This document shows, piece by piece, positions 1-9,897 of a stretch of 55,597 nt of DNA. The notes under the pieces were generated by a model. The model searched no databases. It was not told the origin of the DNA and saw nothing but the letters and a program-made list of their open reading frames with translations. The DNA is from Lama guanicoe. Lineage: Eukaryota. Positions within the stretch are counted from its first letter, which is position 1. Every line of letters begins with the position of its first letter. A program made the position numbers and the translations under genes. The stretch is taken from NCBI GenBank assembly GCA_013239625.1, contig MU054187.1, forward strand, positions 19,876,200 through 19,931,796, read 5' to 3'.

Positions 1-353
1 CCTCGGTTTTCTTAATTACAAGTTGGACCCCATAAGATCTAATTTACAAGGGTGGCAAAGCTTTTGATATATAGTAAATGTTTAATATTTGGTGCCAAAT
101 ATTATACCTTCTAGACAGTCTTACAAAAATGCCTTGGATTTCCTGAGGGAAGATTTGATGCGGAGATTGAAAAATGATTATCAGCCTTTCTTGTCACCAT
201 GGCATATGGGTCAGATAACAGTCACGAAAACTCATTCCTAAGGTGTAAACATAATTTCTGAAATTCCTACCTCCAGATGTATACTATCCTTTCGTCACCC
301 ATTTAAGAAAGTATATCATAGAAAATTATAGTTTCAGTATTTCAGAAATAATC

Positions 354-1790
354 TTGAATATGATCTGGAAAGATATCCCATGCTCCTGGATTGGAAGAAT
401 CAATATTGTTAAAATGGTCACACTGCCCAAGGCAATCTACAGATTTAATGCAGTCCCTATCAAATTACCCAGGACATATTTCACAGAACTAGAAAAAATC
501 ATAATAAAATTTATATGGAACCACAAAAGACCTAGAATTGCCAAAGCATTACTGAAGAAAAAGAAAGAGGCTGGAGGAATAACTCTCCCAGACTTCACAC
601 AATACTACAGAGTTACAGTAATCAAGACAGCATGCTATTGGTACAAAGACAGACATATGGACCAATGGAACAGAACAGAGAGCCCAGAAATGAACCCACA
701 AACTTTTGGTCAACTAATCTTCGACAAAGGAGGCAAGAATATACAATGGAACAAAGGCAGTATCTTCAGCAAATGGTACTGGGAAAACTGGACAGCAGCA
801 TGTATATCCATGAAGCTAGAACACTCCCTTACACCATACACAAAAACAAACTCTAAATGGATCAAAGACTTAAACATAAAAAAAGATACAATAAACCTCC
901 TAGAAGAAAATATAGGCAAAACATTATGTGACATACACCTCAAAAATGTTCTCCTAGGGCAGTCCACCCAAGCAATAGAAATAAAAGCAAGAATAAACAA
1001 ATGGGACCTAATGAAACTCACAAGCTTCTGCACATCAAAGGAAACAATAAGTCAAGCAAAACGACAACCTACGGAATGGGAGAAAATTTTTGCAAATGAA
1101 ACTGACGAAGGCTTGACCTCCAGAATATACAAGCAGCTCATACAACTTAATAAGAAAAAAACAAACAACCCAATCCAAAAATGGGCAGAAGACCTAAACA
1201 AGCAATTCTCCAAGGAAGAAATACGAATGATCAATAGGCACATGAAAAAATTCTCAATATCACTAATTATCAGAGAAATGCAAATCAAAACTACAGTGAG
1301 GTATCATCTCACACCAGTCAGAATGGCCGTCATTCAAAAGTCCACAAATGTCAAATGCTGGAGAGGCTGTGGAGAAAAGGGAACCCTTCTCTACTGCTGG
1401 TGGGAATGCAGTTTGGTGCAGCCACTGTGGCAAACAGTATGGAGATTCCTCAAAAGACTAGGAATAGACTTATCATATGACCCAGGAATCCTGCTCCTGG
1501 GCATATATCCGGAAGGAACCCTCTTTCCAAATGACACCTGCACCCCAATGTTCATAGCAGCACTATTTCCAATAGCCAAGACATGGAAACAGCCTAAATG
1601 TCCATCAACAGATGAGTGGATAAAGAAGAAGTGGTATATTTATACAATGGAATACTATTCAGCCATAAAAACCGACAACATAATGCCATTTGCAGCAACA
1701 TGGATGTTCCTGGAGAATGTCATTCTAAGTGAAGTAAGCCAGAAAGAGAAAGAAAAATACCATATGAGATCGCTGATTTGTGGAATCTAA
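354..1790 (+). pseudogene. L1 ORF2p C-terminal fragment (region after the RT catalytic core plus C-terminal cysteine-rich domain); lacks endonuclease and RT core
   Basis: 478-aa ORF in the track. L1 homology starts at about 366; the first codons (TTG 354, ATG 360) come from flanking DNA. Confidence 0.92.
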
Positions 1791-2111
1791 AAAAAAAACA
1801 AAACCCATAAATACAAAACAGAAACAGACTCATAGACATAGAATACAATAGACATAGAATACAAACTTGTGGTTGCCAGGGGGACGGGGGGTGGGAAGAG
1901 ACAGACTGGGATTTCAAAATGTAGAATAGATAAACAAGATTGTATATTGTGTAGCAAAATAGGTACAGGATCTTGTGGTGGCTCATAGCGAAAGAGAATG
2001 TGACAATGAATGTATGTATGTTCACGTATAACTGAGAAATTGTTCTCTACACTGGAATTTGACACAACATCGTAGAATGACTATAACTCAATAAAAAATG
2101 TTTAAAAAAAA
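366..2111 (+). mobile_element. Young 5'-truncated LINE-1 (3' part of ORF2, 3'UTR, A-rich tail)
   Basis: Translation [17 protein letters not shown]...YHLTPVRMA...[18 protein letters not shown] is typical mammalian L1 ORF2p. Stop at 1788-1790, G-rich 3'UTR tract, AATAAA at 2090-2095, A-runs at 2104-2111 and 2119-2126. No clear TSD found. Confidence 0.97.
2090..2095 (+). terminator. L1 polyadenylation signal
   Basis: AATAAA at the end of the L1 3'UTR, just before the A-rich tail. Confidence 0.8.
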
Positions 2112-2534
2112 GACTCAGAAAAAAAAGAATGTTTGCATTTTAAAAATCTGTAAGAATAGAGATTCTGGAAATGTCCTTATTTTATCCACCTTTGCTACCA
2201 GATGTTTTTTATTTCTTGTGAAAAGAAATCAAAGAAAAAACAAAGTTACTTTTATTATAAATTAGTCGCATCTTTGTCCATATAGCTAGATAACAGCAGT
2301 TGTTTTATGGCTTCCTTATTGCTGTTATACTGAACTAAAAGATTGTGTTGAGGACACGTCCCTGTATCTCTTTTTCTTATTTTCTCATCTGCTGCTTAAA
2401 GGGATGAATCAGTTGATAGAGGGTAGCTTGCTGTAATATTTCTTGTTTCTATGAATATAAATGATCAGAAAGGCTTCCTGCTGCTGCACAAATTCACAAA
2501 TAAGAGTCCACAATTTCCTGTGGATGCAGAGGGT

Positions 2535-2700
2535 CAATGTGGTTGAGTGAAGGGGCAGTGGACTGGCTCTATCAGCAACTCAAATGGGGGCAAGTCACTT
2601 AAACTCTCAGTAATTAGACCTTCCTTGTCTTGTGCACAGGGTATTCATGAAAGTTGAAAGAGATGAAGCATGTGAAAACACTTTTCAAATCAGAAAACTG
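2535..2700 (+). mobile_element. MIR SINE fragment (diverged)
   Basis: MIR-like motifs: 'gtggttgag', 'gggcaagtcacttaaactctc', 'gagatgaagcatgtgaaaacactt'. Confidence 0.6.
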
Positions 2701-3089
2701 TATAATTGTAATACGATTAGGTATGAGCAACACAATAATTACGAATCCCAAGAATCAAATCAAATAAACAAGGTGGCAACAACAGTATTTTTAACTGTCA
2801 TCTAATTTTAACTTGAAATGAACAATAGACACTTCCACATTAATAAGCAGTGTAACATCACTTTCAGGCTTATTGCTCCCTTATATAACTAAGAGATTGC
2901 TACAAGCATTTAATATGGGAAAACAGAAAATAATTCTGCTGGTGAGAATTTTTCCAATTAGAATATTCAGTTGTGATGCAAGTAGTTTTCAAAGTTACTC
3001 ATTTGTTAGTTACACATAGAAGTATTAGGTTACTCTTTCATGTGTCACAGATTACTGGCTCATCTGCAAGGGTTGGACTGAGATAGCCT

Positions 3090-3297
3090 GCCTCCCTCTG
3101 TCCTTTCCTCCCTCCCTTCCTTCCTTCTCCCCAAATACCTCCCTCTCTCCTTTCCCCTTCCCTCTCTCCTTATCTCCTTGCCTTCCTCTCTTCCTTCCCT
3201 CCTCCTCCTTTCTCTTCTTGTTCTCTTCCTCCTCCTCATTTTTCTCCTTCTCCGTCCCCATCCAAGCCCCACCCTCTACCTCCCCACCACCCACCCT
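3090..3297. repeat. CT-rich low-complexity polypyrimidine tract
   Basis: About 200 bp that are mostly C/T on the + strand. Confidence 0.9.
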
Positions 3298-3329
3298 TGT
3301 TTTTTAAACTTAGACATCACAGAAAGGTC

Positions 3330-3810
3330 TTTCATTGTCTGTTTTCTTTTCTCTCCATAATCTCTCTTGGCAGATGTCAGGACTTTGACAATCAATGTGC
3401 AGGAAATTTCCACTTCTCTATGTCCAGTTTTAACCTCTTCCCAGCTCCAGTAACATATTCCCAATTACCTGCTGGTTATATCTAACTACACTGAGTACTA
3501 CCTTAAACTCACAGTGGATCTATTATTTCCTCCCAGACCTGCTCTTCCTTTTCTGGCCCTTATTTCTGTTAGTAGTTCTAATTTCCCTATACATAGGCTC
3601 CAAACCCTGGTGTCAGCTTTAAGTCCGTCCTCTCTCTTGCTCTTCTCTTCTGATTGAACACTTGCTCAAAATTTTAATATTTATTTGTTGTTCTCCATTT
3701 CCAGGATCATTGTAGAATTATACTTCACTTCGTATCTCTATTATTGCGATACTTCTCAGTTGGTTCTCTATCACCACACTCTCCTCTAATTCATCGTATA
3801 TGTTATTGCC
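3330..3810 (+). mobile_element. L2 LINE fragment (ancient)
   Basis: Resembles the L2 3' region, e.g. 'acctgctcttcct', 'ggctccaaaccctggtgtcagcttt'. Confidence 0.55.
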
Positions 3811-4989
3811 AGATAAACCCTAGAATCTGAGAACCATAGATCCCAAAATTAGAAACAGACCTTGAAATTATTGGTCCAATTGCCTGGATTCTCTCTAGTT
3901 CTCTCTAAATCCTAAGCTAAATCTATGCTTAGATAACTCTACTGCTAGCCTTAGTCAGACTTTAAAAATAACTTAGCTATTTTAAAGTATTTTTTTCTCA
4001 CCCTTCTCCTTCCTCTTCTTCTTTCTCCTCCACCTTTTTCATCTGAGCTGAACTCCTCCCAGTTTTGCCTTAATTCGCCCCCTGCGGCCATACAGAACGT
4101 GTAATACCTCTACCTTAGGTCCGGATTTCCAGATTTGTAGGTAGTTATTCTGGTCAAAGCATAAAAGCTCTCCACTGGGTTAGGGTTTAGAAGCTGTTCG
4201 GTGCACCGTTATTTTTAATTGTGCTTGTTGCAAACTTCTGCAGAAAAAAAGATAGGCGAGTGTGATAACCATCTTGGAACCCAGAGCCATCCTGGCTGTT
4301 TACATTCTTCTTTTTTTTTTTATTAGAAAAAAAGGCAAAACTTTAAGGCCAGGAGCTTTAAAAACATACGTTTTGAATTCATTTATGTCTGACGTGATTA
4401 AAAAGTATAATCTGAGAAATATTATTTGTCTCCTACACTAGTTATTCTTTATTATATTTCACAATTAAACATGTTTTGTAATTCTTAAATACAAGTTTAG
4501 ATTTTTAGATACTCATTAAAATATCTCAATTACAGGAGAGTCTTTATATCTTTACACTAAGGGCAGACAAACACAGCAGAGAAATGTCATTTAATACAGA
4601 TAACAGATCAGATCCAAATTTAATTTCATTTTAGACTTTAGCATAACCTGATTAATTGGCAAATATGTTCTTCATATTGCTCCCCAGGTCATAAATATTC
4701 TGGATTTCATATTTCCTTTTAGAAGTGGAAAGGAAAAGAATTACGATATAGAAACTGAATAAATAAAATTTTTACATCCAAATGATTTACTTTTCAGTTT
4801 CCCTTCAGTCAAGGATAACTGTGTTCTTAAGTGGAGAATTCAATTTCTGATTTCATATTTCTTTTTTTCTAAGTGGAAAAGCCTTCATTCTTTCAACCAT
4901 GATTCGTGTTTTATAGTTTCAAGATCCTTTATTGCCCTGATTATTTTCCTCAGAAAAAAGACTCATTTTGTTTAAGACACTTTTAGGAG

Positions 4990-5175
4990 ATGCTGCTGGT
5001 TCCCCACCAGATTCCCTAGGCACTTGGTTCCTGTTCATAACAGGTGCCCTACGGCAAGCACCTGCGATTCCCAGATAAAGGGCTTTCTCTGTCTGGCACT
5101 TCCTAAGTCTCTTCCAATATCATCTACTTGCACTTAGTCTTATGGTTTGCTTCTGGGGAAGCCTAACCCAGGTCA
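4990..5175 (+). mobile_element. Probable old ERVL-class LTR fragment (LTR16/LTR33-like)
   Basis: 3' end 'gtcttatggtttgcttctggggaagcctaaccc' resembles ERVL LTR termini. Confidence 0.4.
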
Positions 5176-5249
5176 CCCCTCTTAAAATATCCTACTGTGT
5201 ACTTTGCAGTCACGCATAGAATGTTTCCTTTACTGGAATCTTGAGAGGC

Positions 5250-5700
5250 GGACAATATTAGGAGATCAGAGAGGTTTTGGTAAGCCATGTTGAGAATTTT
5301 TTTAACTTGATTGTGAAGGCAAGGTGATATTATTTAAGGGGTTTCCAGAAATGGAATGGTAAGATCAGATGTGCTTTGTGGAAGATGAATTTGAGAAAAG
5401 TAAGACTTGGGGCAGATACTGACTTAGGAGAGTGCTTCTATGCTCTTGGCAAAAAATGGTGGCTGACTGTGATAAGAGATACATTAATAACTACAAAGTG
5501 AAGGGTGTGGTTTTGAGAGACATTTATAGAATAGAATTGACAGAGCGTGGTAATTGGTATTAACTAGGTGTTAAATGTGAGGGAATAACTGGGTAGATGT
5601 TGGCGCCATTTTTATTCTCAGGGAAAGAGAATGTTTGGGGAATAGGGAGAGAAGCTTTCATTTTTGACATGTTGGATTTGAGACACATGTGTGAGCCTGA
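5250..5700 (-). mobile_element. L2 LINE fragment
   Basis: Antisense L2 motifs: 'gtaagccatgttgag', 'gatcagatgtgctttg', 'ttttgacatgttggatttgag'. Confidence 0.55.
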
Positions 5701-6282
5701 AAAAGCATATGCTGTTTTAGAATGTAAATACAACATGTCTATGACACTGATATATAACTTTCATTTTATTTGTTCAAAAGTGTCTTCCGCTTTCTCTCTA
5801 TAGCATCTGTCATCTGTATCATTTTTATACTAACAGTGTTTGATATTTTCCTATTACTAAAAATTATATCATGATGCAACCACTTGGACTAATTTCCACT
5901 TGCATATCAGTTTACACCTCTTAGGTCCCAGGAGACGAGGTAGAGCAGCAACAAATTTGAGACTTGTATCTATAAGACATTTAAATGGATAAAATAATTA
6001 CAGTGGGTGCAGAAGGATGATATGTGTAGAGAATACATTTTAAAATAACTCTAGAATTGAAGAAGAAAGCTTAAGTTGTAAGATTTGAAACCTCTCCTTG
6101 GTCCTCTGCTCGAATGTGGCAAGTGCTATTTGACATAAATAAACATTAACTACTTTGTGAAATAATTTTGTTTTTTCTTCTTTTAATGTGTTCCTTTAGA
6201 TGCCTAGCACTGTTTAATGAATGAAACAGCTAAAAGCAGCCTGCCCTAATACAGCTTACGTGAAAGATAATAAAACCATAAT

Positions 6283-6811
6283 TGTTACTGAGTCCAAACT
6301 TGTTCTGCTTTCTGCACGACAGGCCAGTAAATCAGGAGATGAGGTGTTGGGGCTAGGAATAATGACTTTATTCAGAAAGCCAGCAGACTAAAATGGGAGA
6401 CTAATGTCCTAGATAACCATTTACCTCAAGTCACAATTCAGGCTCCTTTTACACTGAAAAGGACAGAGGGTTGTGGTTGGTTGCTGCAAACTTCTAAGTG
6501 TCAGAATCCTTTGTTCTTACAGCTTTCCATACAGGTCAGGTCATGATGTTCCTATGAATCTCCAATAAGACAAATGTAGACAAATGTTATTCTCTGTTCT
6601 GAAACTCTTTACCTTTATATTAATGGAAAAGTGTTAATACACTTTAAAGTCAGAACCTTGAGAGTGGGCTATCCTGTATATTTCAAGCTATAGGCAACAT
6701 TATTTTACAAAAGGTATAGAACCCATGTGACTAAGTGCAGGAAACTGAGCACAGGGTTAGAGCTAATGGAACAGATCTAATGTGGAGACAGATTTGTTCT
6801 TCCCTATTACA
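6283..6811 (-). mobile_element. Solo ERV LTR (probably ERV1 class), about 529 bp, inserted in L2-like DNA
   Basis: Termini TGTTAC...TTACA (TG...CA). Minus-strand AATAAA (TTTATT at 6367-6372) lies about 85 nt from the end. 'aat' flanks both sides. A related terminus occurs at 8211. Confidence 0.8.
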
Positions 6812-7780
6812 AATGGGTAAATTATTCACTATGATGGTTGCTGTGATGCTTGGAAAAAATGAAGGAATAGATCAGGGTAAAGGGAATGGGGAGGAGGGTT
6901 GTAAAGGTAGGAATCGGGGGAGAGCAGCTGGTGGCATTAAGATCTCTTCAGAAAATGAGACCTGAGCAAATGTTTTGTAGGACATGAGGGAATTAATTAG
7001 CCAAGAGTACATTTAGGAAAAGCATGCCAAGCAGAGGGATCAGCTAGAGCAAAGGCCCTAAGATGGGAGCAGACCTGGGATAGTCAAGAAATAGCAAGGA
7101 GGTCAAGAGGCTCAATCTGGATGAGCAAGAGGGGTCCGGGGTGTCAGATGATGTAGGGTCTTTTAGATATTGTAAGAACTCTAGCCTTTACTGTGAGTGA
7201 GGTGGGAAACAGTAAATGGTTAAAAGCAGAGCAAAGATATTTTCTGGTTTATATTTTTAAAGGATCATTCAGGCTTCTTGACTAAGAATAGACAGTAGAC
7301 GGTCTAGTGAGGAAGCTGAGTCCATTCAGGAGTTTTACAACTGTCCAGGTGGCAGGTGATGGGGGCCTGGGTCAGCATCGTAGTGATGGAGGTGATGAGA
7401 AGTGGCTGGGCTCTTAATATACTCTGAGGTAGAGCCAAAAAGATTTGCTGATGGTTTGCATGTGAAATGTGAGGAGCAGAAAGAGCTGAAGGTGACTTTA
7501 AGATTCTTAGCCTGAGCAACTAGTAGGATGGAGTTGCTTTTTACCAAGTGGGGGACATACTATAGAACAGTAGGTTTTGGGGGTGGACTGAAGAAACAAG
7601 AGTTCATTTTTTATGGACTATTTTCCCCATCTTTTAATGGTATCTTGTGAACGTTAAGAATAGATGTTCTTAATTTTAATGTAGTTTAATTTATCAATTC
7701 CCCCTAGTGTTAGCAGTACTAAGAGTTCAATTTTTAATAGGCTAAGTTTGAGCTACTTATTAGATAACCAAGTGGTTGAA
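6812..7780 (-). mobile_element. L2 LINE (L2a-like), interrupted at 7613-7720
   Basis: Classic antisense L2 motifs: 'aggatcattcaggct', 'gatttgctgatggtttgcatgtg', 'gcctgagcaactagtaggatggagttgc', 'aagtttgagctacttattagataaccaagtgg'. Confidence 0.85.
7613..7720 (-). mobile_element. Short insertion (old L1-like fragment) with about 15-bp TSD
   Basis: Flanked by aagagttcatttttt (7598-7612) and aagagttcaattttt (7721-7735). Interior 'gttcttaattttaatgtagtttaatttatcaatt' resembles antisense L1 ORF2. Confidence 0.6.
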
Positions 7781-8210
7781 AAATAAAATAATGCTGAGTA
7801 TCTGAATATGATAGCTTATTCAAACTCGAGGGTTTTTTTCTTATCATTTATTCATTTTGTTTTGCACCAAATAAATGGCGGTATATTTATTGCAGGAGGC
7901 TCATGGGAATATCATTAGAAACCTGAATTTGTGTGAGTAGGTCTTGTGGAACAGTGAGACTAGGTGTGCTGAAAGATAATTTACCAAAGAGAAAATGAAG
8001 GACCTCATGGAGAATAATTCATATTCAAAAGAAAGAAATTCCAAGAAAACAAACTTGACCCAATAGTAACTTGCAAAATTGACCCAATAGCAGAACTGAC
8101 CCAGAGGGGCAGTTCTGGCCACAGAATGGTGTCCATCTGTTATATCTGTCCCAGGTCCAACTTCTTCCCTCCTTACTTCCTTGCATGGTAAATACATTTT
8201 TGGATATTAT

Positions 8211-8253
8211 TGTTACTGAATCCAAACTCGTTCTGCTCGCCGCACGACAGGCC
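8211..8253 (-). mobile_element. 43-bp terminal remnant of the same ERV LTR family as 6283-6811
   Basis: tgttactgaatccaaactcgttctgctcgccgcacgacaggcc matches 6283-6325 with a few substitutions. Confidence 0.8.
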
Positions 8254-8497
8254 TCGTAAGTAGAATTAGTGTCCTGATAAGAAGAGGCACAGAGACATGA
8301 TCTCTCTCTCCACCGTAGGAGGACACAATTAGAAAACAACTATCCATAAAACTGGAAGATGGCCTTTACCAAGGACTCAACGTGCTAGCACCCTGATCTC
8401 AGACTTCCAGCCTCCAGAACGGTGAGGAATAAGAGTTTGTTATTTAAGCCGTCCATTTTCTGGTACTTTGTTGCAGCAATCCATATGGACGAAGGCA
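8254..8497 (+). mobile_element. MaLR LTR 3' part (MLT1A-like)
   Basis: 'gcaccctgatctcagacttccagcctccagaacggtgaggaataagagtttgttatttaagcc' is a diagnostic MLT1 3' motif; ends ...gaaggca. Confidence 0.85.
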
Positions 8498-8549
8498 GTA
8501 GATCCCCAGACTTGTGTGAGATTCCTACTGGAGATTCACAGCAGTACTT

Positions 8550-8554
<5 letters not shown>

Positions 8555-8590
<36 letters not shown>
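8555..8590. repeat. (GT)18 microsatellite
   Basis: Perfect dinucleotide run followed by degenerate ATGT units. Confidence 0.97.
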
Positions 8591-8600
<10 letters not shown>

Positions 8601-8999
8601 ATGGAGTGTGCAGACTACTGGGTACAAAATAGCAGATTGGTTTGAGAACCAGAGAAACATAAGTTTTTACCATCAAAGTGATTTGATTTTTGCCTCAGTC
8701 TGAGCTGAACTAAAAGAGTGAGTTTAAATGCATTACTTTTTGCAAAAAGATACTATATTTTTGGTCACCTTGGTAATTTAGCATAGGATACTACTGAAAC
8801 AAAAATCATGAGTCCCATTTCTTAATGTGCTTGTTGGGAAAAGAGTTATTAGGAAAGAAATATTTATTAGAGGTTCTCCTTTGTGTAAGACACTACTCTA
8901 GATGCTTTACACCAGCTGTTTTATGATACAAGTTACCATGGACTCAAGGAGGCCTGGACTGTTATAGAAGGAAGGACTTGATTATAAAGATGATGATGA

Positions 9000-9229
9000 C
9001 AGTAACTGTTTACAGAGTAATATCTCAAGCATTTACAGTTTATTTTACATACATTGTGTTATTTAATCTTTACAGCAATACTATTAGATCGACATCATTA
9101 TGCTCTTTTTACAAATGAGAAAACTGAGAATCAGGTACGTTGAGACATTTGCACAGTTACACAGTTAAACTGCAGAATGGTGGTTCAAATCTAGACCTCT
9201 CTGACTTTGAAGTCCACATTCTAAACACT
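9000..9229 (-). mobile_element. MIR SINE
   Basis: Antisense MIR core: 'ttttacaaatgagaaaactgagaatcag' and 'ttcaaatctagacctctctgact'. Confidence 0.8.
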
Positions 9230-9897
9230 TGTTAAGACAGCTATTGCTTCAATAATGCTATACAAAACAATCCCAGAACTCAGAGGCTTTCAATTACAAA
9301 TATTTGTTTTTCTCATGCCTGTGTCTGGGGATCCGCTGGGGGCAGCTCTGCTTCAGGCTGCAGGGTTTGACTCCAGCTTTGGGTTAGGGTCATGTCTGCT
9401 CCTGTATCTCATTTTGGATGTGCTCGGGGTGTGCTTTCATCATGGCCATCACAGGTGCCCAGGTGACCTCGTACAGTCGTCCCTCGTAATCCCAGGTGGG
9501 GGGCAGGTGGGGGGGCGTGGGTGGTTTCAGGACCCCTCTGCGGATACCAAACTCCAGGGATGCTCAAGTCTCTTAATTGGCCCTTGGTATCCGTGGGTTC
9601 TGCATCTGTCGAGTCAACCAACCGCCAATTGTAAACATAGCATGCAACTGGTCAAATTGGGGGATGTGGAACCTGAGGAGGCCGAGGGCCCACTCTACAA
9701 CTTTTTTAATGACTCTGCTTGTGTCACATCCACAGACATTTTGAAGAAGGTCACGTGGCCAAGCAAAATGTCAGTGGGGGTGAGGAAGCATCCCCAAAGT
9801 GGGAAGAATTGCAAAATTACAAAGCTAAAGGAAGAGACTGATAAGTTTATAATACGAAAGGAGCGAAGAATTGAGAACAGTAATCCAATTTACCACA
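9230..9897 (-). mobile_element. MaLR LTR (MLT1J/I-like) inserted in the MIR
   Basis: TG...CA termini (tgttaagacagctattgct ... atccaatttaccaca); 5-bp TSD acact/acgct. Confidence 0.8.
9474..9695. mobile_element. MER2-like TcMar-Tigger non-autonomous DNA transposon
   Basis: TIRs cagtcgtccctc...gagggcccactc; TA target duplication (9472-9473, 9696-9697); internal 'ggataccaaactccagggatgctcaagtc'. Confidence 0.85.

Noticed and set aside
632..2065. Short sense and antisense ORFs overlapping the L1
   Set aside because: These are alternative frames of L1 sequence, a common artefact.
3052..3360. E/K/R/G-rich and L/S/P-rich ORFs
   Set aside because: Translations of the low-complexity CT tract.
6283..8253. 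Possible provirus bounded by two related LTR ends
   Set aside because: The intervening DNA is L2 and unique sequence with no gag, pol or env remnants, and the second LTR is only 43 bp.
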